Sequence record: ON286972.1
DNA length: 64,000 nucleotides
Strand: one strand, 5' to 3'
Shown here: piece by piece, positions 27,125-37,826 of the stretch
Layout of the letters: the number at the start of each line of letters is the position of its first letter
How positions within the stretch are numbered: the stretch's first letter is position 1
Notes under the pieces: generated by a model
The model's input: the letters and a program-made list of their open reading frames with translations, nothing else
Database searches by the model: none
What the model was told of the DNA's origin: nothing
Program-made: the position numbers and the translations under genes

Positions 27125-29089
27125 ATGGCTAAGAAAGAAAGTGCTGTTCTACAAGAACATGACGTTCAACGTCTAAACGATTATCAACATGCTCGTCTAC
27201 GTACTGAGATGTATCTTGGTTCTCGTTCTATTCACGAAAGTCAAGTACTGATTTTTGGTGAAAATGATTATGCTGTAAAAAATATGGAATGGGTTCCTGC
27301 AATTCTTACTGCAACTCGTGAAATTATTGATAACAGTCTTGATGAATTCAAAAAAGCTGGTACGAAAGAACCAGTACTGAAAGTTGATTTCAATGAAGAA
27401 GACCTTTCCTTCGAAATCAGTGATAATGGTCGTGGTATTCCGATTGATTATGTCCCAGAATATGAGAAAAACCTCTGTACGATGGTAATGACTGAAACTA
27501 AAACTGGTCGTAACTTTGATGATTCTAAGCGTGATGAAACAATCGGTCAAAATGGTCTAGGTGGTTCTGTGGCTATGATTGTTAGCTCTAAAGCAGAACT
27601 TGAAATTCACCGAACCGGACGTCCATATAAAACGCAATCCAGTAATGACGGTTATGATGGTATGTACAAATATACACAGAAGTTTGAAGAAGGTACAATT
27701 ATGTTCCCTGAACTTCATGTACATGAACCAACTATTCGAAAAGTACAATCCGATAAAACTGGTACAACTATTCGCTTTACCCTAAGTAAAGAAGTATTTC
27801 CTAATCGCAAGCTACCAACTGAATTACTTTATAGTATTCTAAAAGAAATGGCAGCAGCGAACCCAACATACAAAATCTTCTTGAATGGTAAACGTATTGC
27901 AATTAAAGGAAGCACAGAAAAGGCACTCTTTAATGCTTCAAAACTAATGTCATTGAATGTTAAAGATGAATCATTCAATTTCAATAGTACTTTTTATATT
28001 GTACCTAATGCTGTATCTGGTATGAACACAAACTTCCATATGCATGGTCTTGTGAATAATGCTCCAGCATTTGATGGTGGTACACATCTAGATACCTTCA
28101 AGAAATTCTTCTCTTTAGGGGTAGGAACTGCATTAGAGAAAGAAGCGAAGAAGCGTAAGATGAAACCAAACCGTTCTGATATTGAAGAAGGTTTGTTGAT
28201 TTACAATGTAACTACAATGAAAGCACCATCATTCAACTCACAGATTAAATCTAAGTTGACTAATGAAAATGTAATTCGTCCTATTCAGCAAGCTATGAGT
28301 GCTGACTGGTTTGATGAATTGGTCAAGAAAAATAAAGAATGGGTTGATGAGATTTTTGAACGTTGTGCTGCCCGTACTAATAAGAAAGACGCAGAAGAAG
28401 ACCGTCGCCTTGCCAAGAAACTTTTGAAAGGTAAAGTTGCAAAACTACTTGATAGTACTGGAACTGACCGTTCACAATGTATTCTATTGGTTGCGGAAGG
28501 TGACTCTGCTATTTCCAACATGGCAAGTGCCCGTATTCCTAGTATTCATGGTATCCTCCCATTGCGTGGTAAGATTATGAACGTTAGTGGGAATGAGAAA
28601 ACCAAAGAATTAATGGATTCTATGGCATTGCATGATATAATGGCAAGCATCAACTTGGTCCCTGGAGTTAAAGCTGAACGTGCTGATTTGAATTACGGTA
28701 AGCTATATATCTGTGCGGACGAAGATGAGGATGGTAAGAACATTGGTGCACTAGTTTGTAACTTCTTGTACAAATTCTGGCCCGAATTATTCCAAGATCC
28801 TGATAATCCGTTTGTATACGTATTCAAAACTCCATTTATTATCTTGGAGAAAGGTAAGGAATCCAAGTATTTTTATGGTCATAACGTCCATGAATATATT
28901 CCTGAAGATTGGAAAGGGTGGAAAGCAACTCGTGCGAAAGGTTTAGGAACACTAGAAAAAAGTAACTTCCGCGATGCATTTACGAATAGTGTTGCAGTAG
29001 CAATTACTGATGACGGTCGTCTTGGTGAAACATTAGATTTGATTTTCAACAAGAAACGTGCTGATGATCGTAAAAACTGGATGGAATAA
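27125..29089 (+). CDS. gp39: Type IIA topoisomerase ATPase/TOPRIM subunit (gp39+gp60 fused)
   Basis: EIIDNSLDE, DNGRGIP, GQNGLGG, AEGDSA, PLRGKIMNV, ADEDEDG, KGLGT. Confidence 0.95.
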   Translation: MAKKESAVLQEHDVQRLNDYQHARLRTEMYLGSRSIHESQVLIFGENDYAVKNMEWVPAILTATREIIDNSLDEFKKAGTKEPVLKVDFNEEDLSFEISDNGRGIPIDYVPEYEKNLCTMVMTETKTGRNFDDSKRDETIGQNGLGGSVAMIVSSKAELEIHRTGRPYKTQSSNDGYDGMYKYTQKFEEGTIMFPELHVHEPTIRKVQSDKTGTTIRFTLSKEVFPNRKLPTELLYSILKEMAAANPTYKIFLNGKRIAIKGSTEKALFNASKLMSLNVKDESFNFNSTFYIVPNAVSGMNTNFHMHGLVNNAPAFDGGTHLDTFKKFFSLGVGTALEKEAKKRKMKPNRSDIEEGLLIYNVTTMKAPSFNSQIKSKLTNENVIRPIQQAMSADWFDELVKKNKEWVDEIFERCAARTNKKDAEEDRRLAKKLLKGKVAKLLDSTGTDRSQCILLVAEGDSAISNMASARIPSIHGILPLRGKIMNVSGNEKTKELMDSMALHDIMASINLVPGVKAERADLNYGKLYICADEDEDGKNIGALVCNFLYKFWPELFQDPDNPFVYVFKTPFIILEKGKESKYFYGHNVHEYIPEDWKGWKATRAKGLGTLEKSNFRDAFTNSVAVAITDDGRLGETLDLIFNKKRADDRKNWME

Positions 29090-29137
29090 TGTAATAAGGG
29101 GGACATGGTGTTCCCCGCTTAACAAAGAGACAATGGA

Positions 29138-30550
29138 ATGGCTAAAAGTAAGAAAAACACTAATACAAATGTTGATGAATTAACTCTAACTTTACTTGAT
29201 TATAAAAGTTCAGATTATGTCAATACTACATCATTAGAATACTCAATGTACACACTTGACCGTGCTATCCCAGGGATTGACGGACTCAAGAGTTCTCAAC
29301 GTAAAGCAATCTTCACATTATCCAAAATCAGTGGGGAGATTAAAACTGTTTCATGTGCAGGTCGTATGATCAGTGATGGGATTTACGTTCATGGTGACAC
29401 ATCTGCATCAGGAACATTACAAAACCTAGCTAGTCCAGTTGCTAACAACTACCCACTGATTGGTAAGCGTGGTGGTTTCGGGACACAAGTTAACAGTACT
29501 CCGGCATCTGCTCGTTATACCTACGTCAAAAAGACAAAAACGACTGAAGCATTAGTTCTACGTGATATGGATATAATTCCAATGAAAGAGAACTATGATG
29601 GTACAACAATGGAACCAGTACACTTCCTTCCTATCATCCCATTAGCATTGTTTGGTAATGATAGTATGTCAGTTGGATATAAGAGTACAATTCTACCTCA
29701 TAAAATTGAAGATGTAATCAAGAACTGTATTCGTGCAATAGAAGGAAAACCACTCAAAGAGATGACACCATATTATGCATCAGTTGGTGCTAGTGATGTG
29801 GTAACTAAACTAGACGAAAACAAATATGAATTTTATGGTAAAGCACAGGTAATTGATGCAAGTACTGTTAAAGTTACAGGGCTTCCACCTAATTATAGTA
29901 TTGAAAAGTTCATTGAAAAACTAATCAAGATGAGTGATGATGGTGATATACGTGATTACGATAATGACAGTACTGATGTTATTGATATCACCATTAAACT
30001 ACCACGTGGTATTTCTCAAAAATGGACAGAGGCAGATGTAATTGAGTATTTTGGATTGAATAAAAAGATGACTCAATTGTTAACTGTTTTGGGTGAAAAT
30101 GGTAAAGTTCGCGTATATGACAGCACACTGGACCTTATTAAAGATTTCGTCAATTTCCGTTTCAAATATTATGTGAAACGTTACGAGAAGAAGCTTGAAG
30201 ACTGTGCCGCAGAAGTTCGTTATAAAATTCTCATCAAAGAGTGTTTTGATAATGATATGATCGGTAAAGTGAAAGGATTTGCAAACCGTGCTGAAATGGT
30301 TGATTTTGTAACTTCTCTCAATACTGAAATTGAAGCAACAAATGAGAATATCCAAAGTATCGTAAACTTCCCGTCATATCGTTGGACTAAAGATAATTAT
30401 GATGCAGTACTAAAAGATATTCAGGATAATCTAGACCTAATGGATAGTTATAATGATTTACTTAACAATCATGATAAAATCTGGAATATCTATAAAGAAG
30501 AATTACAAGAATTACTAAAAATGGACTTTACACCTAAGTCTGAAGATTAA
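29138..30550 (+). CDS. gp52: Type IIA topoisomerase breakage-reunion subunit
   Basis: RAIPGIDGLKSSQRK, YVHGD, ASARYT with the catalytic Tyr. Confidence 0.93.
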   Translation: MAKSKKNTNTNVDELTLTLLDYKSSDYVNTTSLEYSMYTLDRAIPGIDGLKSSQRKAIFTLSKISGEIKTVSCAGRMISDGIYVHGDTSASGTLQNLASPVANNYPLIGKRGGFGTQVNSTPASARYTYVKKTKTTEALVLRDMDIIPMKENYDGTTMEPVHFLPIIPLALFGNDSMSVGYKSTILPHKIEDVIKNCIRAIEGKPLKEMTPYYASVGASDVVTKLDENKYEFYGKAQVIDASTVKVTGLPPNYSIEKFIEKLIKMSDDGDIRDYDNDSTDVIDITIKLPRGISQKWTEADVIEYFGLNKKMTQLLTVLGENGKVRVYDSTLDLIKDFVNFRFKYYVKRYEKKLEDCAAEVRYKILIKECFDNDMIGKVKGFANRAEMVDFVTSLNTEIEATNENIQSIVNFPSYRWTKDNYDAVLKDIQDNLDLMDSYNDLLNNHDKIWNIYKEELQELLKMDFTPKSED

Positions 30551-30556
30551 TATATA

Positions 30557-30582
30557 AGGGAAGACCCAATGGGTCTTCCTTC
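30557..30582 (+). terminator. Hairpin after topoisomerase operon
   Basis: GGAAGACCCA-A-TGGGTCTTCC inverted repeat. Confidence 0.6.
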
Positions 30583-30590
30583 CTCCTTTA

Positions 30591-30598
30591 TATAAATA
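30591..30598 (+). promoter_or_regulatory. T4-type late promoter TATAAATA
   Basis: Exact T4 late consensus upstream of a large structural-like gene. Variants (NNTAAATA) at 2684, 7188, 9093, 12067, 21431, 23425, 36528, 63575 and, on the minus strand, 18732-18737. Confidence 0.7.
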
Positions 30599-30631
30599 AT
30601 CTATAGATATTAGTAGCTATGGAGAAATAAA

Positions 30632-33019
30632 ATGGCATCTTTTACCCCGTATTGGGATTTAAAGGCTGATACTCAATATATTCAAGAAGGAACTGACATT
30701 CTTATTAGATTAAGTATCAATAAAGAAGGAACTACAGGTGATAGCTATACACTAAGTGAAAATGAATACTTAGAGATGATTTTCACTATACAATGTTTAG
30801 ATAATGTTGGTAATGTTTTTAATGCTGAAAACCACTATTCATTATTTGTTGGAAATGACCCGAACAATCTAGTACCATTATCTGATGGAACAACTGGAAA
30901 TAAGTTTTTAAATGGAAGACATAAGTGTAGAATACAAAAGAATAATTTTTATCTTCCAAGTACAATAATCAGTGAAGATGTGTATTATTTAAAACTACAT
31001 TGTAAGCGTGATGGTACATTTAACAACGTGGAAAGTGTTGTTTTCAATTTACAGGCTATTAACGTCATGCATTTTGGGAACATTTCACCTTCAGGATTAT
31101 TGCGTGCCAACAAAGCAACTGTTACATTTGATAGTAAAGAAATATGGGTAACACCTGGATTAACCGTTACCGATGATGAACAGTTATATTGTATTGGAGA
31201 CATAGAGTATGGTTCAGATAGTACTTTATTCATTCAAGGCTTCGGTCGTAAACGTCCGTATCAGCCAAATGTAGATAGTGCCGTTGACACCAGTCCACGT
31301 GTATTCTTCCCCGCTTATCGCTTGCTTGATATAACAGAACAAGATTTACCGTCTCGACATATTACAGGTAAAGCAGCTTACTTACGTCCAGATGACTTAG
31401 CGTTTCCTGTGGACGGAATTAATAAAGAAGTTAAAGTTAATATAGTTGATGATACTGGTAAGATTACAAAAAGTGGGCTTTCTTTTAACCCTAATGGACA
31501 ATTCTTACAAACATTTTTACATGAATCAGAACCAACTGACGTTTACTTTAAGGTAGAAATCGTAGATATTCTCAAAACCTACATTACACTTGCTGAACGA
31601 TTTGCTATTGATCAGCGTTTTAAAGCATATCAAATGTGGGTATGTCCAAACGATGTATCTACTATTGCTGCTACTGATGAAAAACCAAAACCTAATCATT
31701 TATATCAATTAAGAGATAACGTTGTGTATCCATATGTTATTAGTGGTGAATATGATGAAGGTATGATCAAACCATTATTCAAAAGTTCTGATTGGAATGA
31801 TTTGGGTTATTATGATGCGTCATTGGGTAGTGGTATTATTGGTGAAAAGCGTATGTTCCGTTTCTTGGAAAACGCCGCTGAAGGTTCATCTATACAAATA
31901 ATTACCGATCCTGACTTGGGAACTATACACGTTGGGGAATACTTCGGTCATACAGTATATCCTCAAATACTTACTAATAGTAAGAATCAAGTATCTTGTG
32001 TATTAGTGGGTGGTGATGACATAACAAAATATGGATTGGATCTTACACCTGATGGGTATCTTGTAGGTACAGCATATGCATTAAGCACTGATTTTAGTGC
32101 CAATGATGATATAAAATTGAATTTCCAGGTTGAAGTTTATGACACTGAAGGTAGTAGTGTTGTTGGTGATTTCAAATTAAAAATCGTTCGCGGGTTGGGG
32201 CAAAATCATTTGAGTTCACATATTGTTCCATCTGTTCAATTTGAACGTGAATGGTTTAAATGTATCAGTACTCAAACATTTGCTAATTATGGTTTCCATC
32301 GTCAATCTGATGACAGATATGGTTTACAGAAAGTTCCTAGGATTCTTCTAAAAGAAAACTTTGTTAGTCAAAACTATAATTACACTAACTTAAATGATTT
32401 GAAAAAAGTTCTCCGTGAGAATATAATAGATCCATCAGGGGCGACAATCCCTAACGGTAAATTCAAGATGGTTATTGGTAATTACAAAATCATGTCAGCA
32501 CTTGACAACAAAGGAAACCTTCTGTATGATTTAGTGTTTAGAGAGTTACATCCAGAAGGATCACAAGTTGCTGTTTCTACCAATCCCAGAATCTACACAA
32601 ACGTAGATAACGGACTACTTGCCGAATTATTTGGTTTACGCCAGAATATTTACAAGGCTGTTGGTGAAGACACAACCAACTTGGTAAAAGACCCAACAGA
32701 CTTAGTTAACCGTGGGTTATATGTTGATGCTATACCAGGTATAAGTGATGAGATGATCGATACTGTTCCACGCTTCATGAATCACCCATATATTGAAGAT
32801 GGGATTGAGAAAAAATTTATGCCTATCATTCCAGTAGCATACTGCTTACCTGGTAAGGGTGAAGCGTTTTTCCAAATGTTATTACAAAACAACGAACATA
32901 GTTCAATGGTTAGTACTGAATTTGAAGTAACAGCAGTTGAATTCGGATACTTTGCTCAAGATCATGATCGTTATGTACATGATACATTTAGAATTGCATT
33001 ACAGAATGATATAATATAA
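30632..33019 (+). CDS. Large putative virion (baseplate/tail) protein
   Basis: Late promoter upstream; beta-rich, with an Ig/cadherin-like segment (GLDLTPDGYLVG). Confidence 0.55.
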   Translation: MASFTPYWDLKADTQYIQEGTDILIRLSINKEGTTGDSYTLSENEYLEMIFTIQCLDNVGNVFNAENHYSLFVGNDPNNLVPLSDGTTGNKFLNGRHKCRIQKNNFYLPSTIISEDVYYLKLHCKRDGTFNNVESVVFNLQAINVMHFGNISPSGLLRANKATVTFDSKEIWVTPGLTVTDDEQLYCIGDIEYGSDSTLFIQGFGRKRPYQPNVDSAVDTSPRVFFPAYRLLDITEQDLPSRHITGKAAYLRPDDLAFPVDGINKEVKVNIVDDTGKITKSGLSFNPNGQFLQTFLHESEPTDVYFKVEIVDILKTYITLAERFAIDQRFKAYQMWVCPNDVSTIAATDEKPKPNHLYQLRDNVVYPYVISGEYDEGMIKPLFKSSDWNDLGYYDASLGSGIIGEKRMFRFLENAAEGSSIQIITDPDLGTIHVGEYFGHTVYPQILTNSKNQVSCVLVGGDDITKYGLDLTPDGYLVGTAYALSTDFSANDDIKLNFQVEVYDTEGSSVVGDFKLKIVRGLGQNHLSSHIVPSVQFEREWFKCISTQTFANYGFHRQSDDRYGLQKVPRILLKENFVSQNYNYTNLNDLKKVLRENIIDPSGATIPNGKFKMVIGNYKIMSALDNKGNLLYDLVFRELHPEGSQVAVSTNPRIYTNVDNGLLAELFGLRQNIYKAVGEDTTNLVKDPTDLVNRGLYVDAIPGISDEMIDTVPRFMNHPYIEDGIEKKFMPIIPVAYCLPGKGEAFFQMLLQNNEHSSMVSTEFEVTAVEFGYFAQDHDRYVHDTFRIALQNDII

Positions 33020-33032
33020 TAGGAGAAAAAAT

Positions 33033-33341
33033 ATGTTCAATCCATTTTTTGACCCTTCAGGTATGAGTGATAAAGAACTCCAACAAAAGATTAATGATCA
33101 AAGTTTACGTATTAGTTCCGCTCGTGCCGCTGGCTTGAGTGATTCTATCATTGGTAACATGCAAATAGTACTGAATCAGTGCTATGAAGAAATGACTTTA
33201 CGACAAGGTAGAAAAGAGAAAGACACATACGAAGATACTGATCCATGTATTTTTGATATGAATTCTTATCTATCAGATGAAGAGGATAGTAAAAAGAAAA
33301 ATGAAAGTTCAAGGAAACAGATATATAAGTCCCAATGGTGA
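33033..33341 (+). CDS. Hypothetical protein
   Basis: RBS AGGAG. Confidence 0.6.
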   Translation: MFNPFFDPSGMSDKELQQKINDQSLRISSARAAGLSDSIIGNMQIVLNQCYEEMTLRQGRKEKDTYEDTDPCIFDMNSYLSDEEDSKKKNESSRKQIYKSQW

Positions 33342-33819
33342 TGTTAAATGTAATTTGAATGCTGTAGTTTATGCTATGAATTGTGGGTCTGATATACAGT
33401 ACTTACAATTACAAGATATAGATGAACAAGAGCGTTTGAAGTTTAACGATAACTGTAAAAAATTTGGACTAGAGCAACGTATGTTGGATTATACAATTGA
33501 CCATGATAGTAATCATGAGTTATGGCGTTATGATCCAATGTATGACAATATCAATCTAAGAGAATTCTTTTTACAAAAGTGTTCCACACCTGAAGCAAGA
33601 CAGCGTGTGGAATACGAAATTGATTTATACGAACAATATAATATGACAAAGCTATTGCGTTGTATGATATGGTTGGTAGATTATATGGAAGAGCACAACA
33701 TCTTCTGGGGCTTAGGGCGTGGTAGTTCTGTAGCCTCATATTGTCTGTTTCTGATTGGTTTGCATATGGTTGACTCATTGAAGTATGATCTTGATGTGAA
33801 CGAATTTCTGAAATGGTAA
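33301..33819 (+). CDS. dnaE: Family-C (DnaE-like) polymerase core, N-terminal half
   Basis: RVEYEIDL...WGLGRGSSVASYCLFLIGLHMVDSLKYDLDVNEFL matches DnaE RLxYEL...GPGRGSAAGSLVAYxLGITxxDPLxYDLLFERFL. Confidence 0.8.
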   Translation: MKVQGNRYISPNGDVKCNLNAVVYAMNCGSDIQYLQLQDIDEQERLKFNDNCKKFGLEQRMLDYTIDHDSNHELWRYDPMYDNINLREFFLQKCSTPEARQRVEYEIDLYEQYNMTKLLRCMIWLVDYMEEHNIFWGLGRGSSVASYCLFLIGLHMVDSLKYDLDVNEFLKW

Positions 33820-33878
33820 CGAAACATGTGATATAATGGTTGTTGTGACGTTATAGCACTTAGAAAAGGGATTTTTAT

Positions 33879-34241
33879 ATGTCAAAACATACTACTTATC
33901 GTGGCACTATCATTGATATGGATATGCTAAAATATCAGAACCAACATCAGGTTGCATTGGGTAATGCTAAACTAAATGCTCGTGGTGATAAAATTGGTTC
34001 TGGTGGAACTGTAATTAAAACTCGTGAAGAACTACTTCAAGAGAAAGAACGTGAAATGCAAATTCCTGACTATATTCCAGAACATCAGGCACAAAGCACT
34101 GATTATTCTGATGATGGTTGGGATGATGCAAGCTTTGAAGTTGAGCATGTCGTTGTACAAAACGAAGAAACAGTTGATCCTTCAGTTGCACCTGAAGAGA
34201 AGAAAGCACCACGCAGAGCAAAAACTAAAGATCAGGAGTAA
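33879..34241 (+). CDS. Hypothetical protein
   Basis: Promoter with TGATATAAT upstream; LGNAKLNARGDKIG motif. Confidence 0.6.
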   Translation: MSKHTTYRGTIIDMDMLKYQNQHQVALGNAKLNARGDKIGSGGTVIKTREELLQEKEREMQIPDYIPEHQAQSTDYSDDGWDDASFEVEHVVVQNEETVDPSVAPEEKKAPRRAKTKDQE

Positions 34242-34246
34242 TACAA

Positions 34247-34570
34247 ATGTCTAAAGTTATGACAGCATGTAAGGGAAAAGTACTGGTTACTGATTTAGAA
34301 CATGGCGAACGAAAAACTGCTGGTGGAATTGTTTTAACAAATGATGACGGTAAAATTCGTGGTATTCGTTGTCGTTGGGCTAAAGTTTATTCAGTTGGTG
34401 AAGATATAACTGATATTAAAGAAGGTCAATGGATTCTTATTGACCACGGTCGCTGGTCCAGAACTATTGAGGTTGATGGTGTTCAATTAAACTTAGTTGA
34501 TTACCCAGCCGCAGTATCTTTGGTTTCCGATGAAGACCCACGTACTTCAGTACAAACATTTGGACGTTAA
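34247..34570 (+). CDS. groES: GroES-like co-chaperonin (gp31 analogue)
   Basis: KVLV...ERKTAGGIVL, KVYSVG, IKEGQWIL. Confidence 0.85.
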   Translation: MSKVMTACKGKVLVTDLEHGERKTAGGIVLTNDDGKIRGIRCRWAKVYSVGEDITDIKEGQWILIDHGRWSRTIEVDGVQLNLVDYPAAVSLVSDEDPRTSVQTFGR

Positions 34571-34624
34571 TTATAAAAGTAAGCTCGGAATATATATTCT
34601 GGGCTTTTTATTTGGTTATATAAT

Positions 34625-34894
34625 ATGATTACAGATAATGATAAGTTTAGCTTTTCGGATGTTCAACTTGTTTCAAAGAATAATAGATTTTTGTTTGAAG
34701 ATAGGAAGAATACCAAATATGTTTATGAAGTATCTCACGATGTATTTAAGCACTTACTTGTAGTTGCTGCAAATGCAAAAGCACGTGGCATTGACAATAA
34801 AGTAAATTCTTTTGACTATCTCTTTAATCAGTTGGAGATGACAGAAGACCTATTCACTGCACTACTATACCATCTATCAGATTGGACTCACTAA
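34625..34894 (+). CDS. Hypothetical protein
   Basis: ORF between a terminator and gp44. Confidence 0.5.
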   Translation: MITDNDKFSFSDVQLVSKNNRFLFEDRKNTKYVYEVSHDVFKHLLVVAANAKARGIDNKVNSFDYLFNQLEMTEDLFTALLYHLSDWTH

Positions 34895-34913
34895 TTTACA
34901 TGAGGAATAATAA

Positions 34914-35867
34914 ATGACTACACTATGGACTGAAAAATATCGCCCACAAACCCTAGAAGATTACGTTTTCAAAAATGATGCTCTTCGTAAAAAGATGGAA
35001 GAATGGATTTGTACTGGCAATATTCCACATATTGGATTCTTTGGTCCCGCTGGTACAGGAAAAACTTCAGCGATTAAAGTACTACTAAATGGACTTGAAG
35101 CTAATGGTCACCTGGACCCAAGTGATGTAACAACTCTAAACATGTCAGATGAGGGTATTGATGCTGTGCGTGATAAGATTGACGCAGCCGCAAAACTATC
35201 ATGTTTTGGACGTTATCGTGTGTTTGTTCTGGAAGAAATGGAACAGATGAACCACAAAGCACAAGGTAGCCTGAAGCGTGTAATGGAAGATTATCACGAG
35301 AATGCTCGTTTTATTCTAACCAGTAATGAGCCACATAAAATTTTGAAACCTATTATTTCTCGTGTGCAAGTAATTACAATCGAGAAGCATGATATGGAAC
35401 AGTTTATGACCCGTATCATCAACGTACTGTTAGCTGAGGGTGTAGATTTATCATCAGAAGAAAGTATTGATCAAGTGCAGCAATACATCAATGCATCGTA
35501 CCCTGACTTCCGTAAAACATTAAACGTATTGCAGAGTTCAGTAGTTGATGGTAAACTAGTAAAACTAGAAGACAGTATTGAGAATTCTGCTGGGTATCGC
35601 ACGGCAATCGTTGATGCATTAAAGGCGGGAAACATTCGTCAGATGCGTGAGCAGATTGTTCAATATATCCCTGATGACGAAATGGATGCGTTTTTCTCGT
35701 ATCTGTATCGTAATGCAGAAATGTTCAGTACTGATGAAATCACACTAATGAAAATCAAGGTTAAAATCCGTGATGCAGTTGTCAAACAATCAACAGTTTC
35801 TGATCGTGAGATGAACCTGAGTGCATTACTATGTGAAATTGACTTGATTTGTTCAGGAAATATGTAA
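34914..35867 (+). CDS. gp44: Clamp-loader AAA+ subunit (gp44/RFC)
   Basis: LWTEKYRPQTL, GPAGTGKTS, LEEMEQM, FILTSN, ISR, PDFRK. Confidence 0.92.
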   Translation: MTTLWTEKYRPQTLEDYVFKNDALRKKMEEWICTGNIPHIGFFGPAGTGKTSAIKVLLNGLEANGHLDPSDVTTLNMSDEGIDAVRDKIDAAAKLSCFGRYRVFVLEEMEQMNHKAQGSLKRVMEDYHENARFILTSNEPHKILKPIISRVQVITIEKHDMEQFMTRIINVLLAEGVDLSSEESIDQVQQYINASYPDFRKTLNVLQSSVVDGKLVKLEDSIENSAGYRTAIVDALKAGNIRQMREQIVQYIPDDEMDAFFSYLYRNAEMFSTDEITLMKIKVKIRDAVVKQSTVSDREMNLSALLCEIDLICSGNM

Positions 35868-36487
35868 TGAAACAACGTTGTGTAGTATGGGATTGTGATG
35901 AAGTGCTATTGGACCACATTGGTGGTCTATATAATTTTGTTAAAGAACATTATGATATTCATCCAGAAACACCATATCCAGAAAAATATGATTTGTGTCA
36001 GTGGTTGGGTGGAATTACTCAACCTGAAGTGCAAGAGATTCTAAAACACTTCAACCATCGTTCTTATGAGTTTGGTCTACTTGACCCAGTAGAACATAAC
36101 ACGGTTGGAATTATGCAAGAATTACGTGATAAGTTCCCATATGATAAATTCGTTGTACTGACTAAATCTGGCACATTCGGTCACGGAGAAGTTCTCCGTA
36201 AGGTGAATCTCATTAATGTCTTTGGTGAGGGTATTTTTGATGATATCATTATCATTGAAATGTATGAATCCAAAAAATCAGCACTAATGAAATTAAAAGC
36301 TCAATATGACGTTAAATTTTTGATTGACGATTATATTAAAAATATAGAAACGGCTATAGAGTTGGATATACCTGCTGTTATGATGTGTGCGTGTCATAAC
36401 CATGAATACAAGCATAACAACGGCTTTGATTATGTTAATAATTGGAGCGAACTTCGTCTAAAAATTTACGAACTAATGAAAAAATAA
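35867..36487 (+). CDS. HAD-family 5'(3')-deoxyribonucleotidase-like protein
   Basis: WDCDEVLLD (DxD) and LIDDYIKN. Confidence 0.8.
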   Translation: MKQRCVVWDCDEVLLDHIGGLYNFVKEHYDIHPETPYPEKYDLCQWLGGITQPEVQEILKHFNHRSYEFGLLDPVEHNTVGIMQELRDKFPYDKFVVLTKSGTFGHGEVLRKVNLINVFGEGIFDDIIIIEMYESKKSALMKLKAQYDVKFLIDDYIKNIETAIELDIPAVMMCACHNHEYKHNNGFDYVNNWSELRLKIYELMKK

Positions 36488-36570
36488 CAATAGGGGAACT
36501 TGATTCCCCTTTCATTGTTTTCAAAGTAGTAAATAATATAAATGTTCAAGTTTTTAAGGGAATAAAAAAC

Positions 36571-37146
36571 ATGGAAGATATGAATACAACAGACAATGCT
36601 ATCCAGCAATTATATGATAATTCTGGAATGTTAGACATTCTTCTGGCGGTTGAAAAATATTTTGATGACAATGATTTATATGCCTATACTGGTGTAATTG
36701 AAGGTGAACTAGTTGAGGGACCAAATGTTACTAAGTACTGGTGTACTGTTACATTCAAATATTATAGAGAAAACTTTCCAGATCCAACAGCATTCACAGT
36801 TTTAGAAAAACACGGCACTAAAGTTCAAGTTAAAGCGGATTATGAAATACGACCAATTGCGAAGCCTCGTAGTCGTAATGATATGAAAACACAAGCAACT
36901 CAACATGGTTCAGTGAATGTACCAAGAACCGAAAGAGTACCAGTACTACTAGTTCGTTTTCAAATACCGCGAAATCTAATTAATCCAGAAAGCTTTGATG
37001 AATACAAACTCATGGCATCTGAATTTAATAGTAATCCAATGAACTTAGATCAAAACACGCCTGATATGAGTATGGAAGATGAGCAGGATGTTCAAGAATT
37101 AGATGCAGAATTTGGTGCACCTGATGAACAAAAAGGAGGAATGTAA
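36571..37146 (+). CDS. Conserved-looking hypothetical late protein
   Basis: AGTAAATA upstream; GELVEGP..KYW...FPDP. Confidence 0.6.
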   Translation: MEDMNTTDNAIQQLYDNSGMLDILLAVEKYFDDNDLYAYTGVIEGELVEGPNVTKYWCTVTFKYYRENFPDPTAFTVLEKHGTKVQVKADYEIRPIAKPRSRNDMKTQATQHGSVNVPRTERVPVLLVRFQIPRNLINPESFDEYKLMASEFNSNPMNLDQNTPDMSMEDEQDVQELDAEFGAPDEQKGGM

Positions 37147-37826
37147 TGTCTAAACAATTAAATGAACAGGGATTGCGTCCTGAAGTGCTTAAAGACCTGA
37201 TTTACCCTATTATCAGTGTTGATGAATATACGCCTAAAATTGAAGATGGTAATATCGTTGTTATGTTTCAGGTGTTGAATAATTTTGATGCTGCATATGA
37301 TTTGTCCTCTTTCATTGAGAAATCACCAATCACTGCGGTAGATACTGAAGCTGCTGAAACACCTAACCTAGATGGTAGATATCAAGTATTTGTTGAAATG
37401 GAACGTAATGCAGAGTTTCCAGAAAAATTACTAACTCTAATTAAGACTATTGAAAACATTTGTCCAAATCCAGGATGGAAAATACAGCTTTATGGTGTTA
37501 ATGATCCAATTGATGTAGACTTTGATGAAGTTCAACAACGTGTAGAATTAGGAACTCCAGATGCACTAAGCGAGTTTTTGGATTATGCTGGTATAACTGT
37601 ACTCAAAGAGGGTAATAACCTAAAACTACAAACCGTGTATGGTGATTTATGTTATAGCACTGGTAGTGGTTTTGCATCTGAGGAATACATCAAATCTATG
37701 CTGAAAACTGAAACCAAATTAGATACATCAAGACTTAGTTCTATATTAGGTGAAAACTATACAGTACTACGTAGTGGTAATCAGTATATAGTTGGTAGAG
37801 ATGGGAAGTATCTGGTGCTAAGATGA
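37146..37826 (+). CDS. Hypothetical protein (MSKQLNE)
   Basis: TAATG coupling; ISVDEY, YQVFVE. Confidence 0.6.
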   Translation: MSKQLNEQGLRPEVLKDLIYPIISVDEYTPKIEDGNIVVMFQVLNNFDAAYDLSSFIEKSPITAVDTEAAETPNLDGRYQVFVEMERNAEFPEKLLTLIKTIENICPNPGWKIQLYGVNDPIDVDFDEVQQRVELGTPDALSEFLDYAGITVLKEGNNLKLQTVYGDLCYSTGSGFASEEYIKSMLKTETKLDTSRLSSILGENYTVLRSGNQYIVGRDGKYLVLR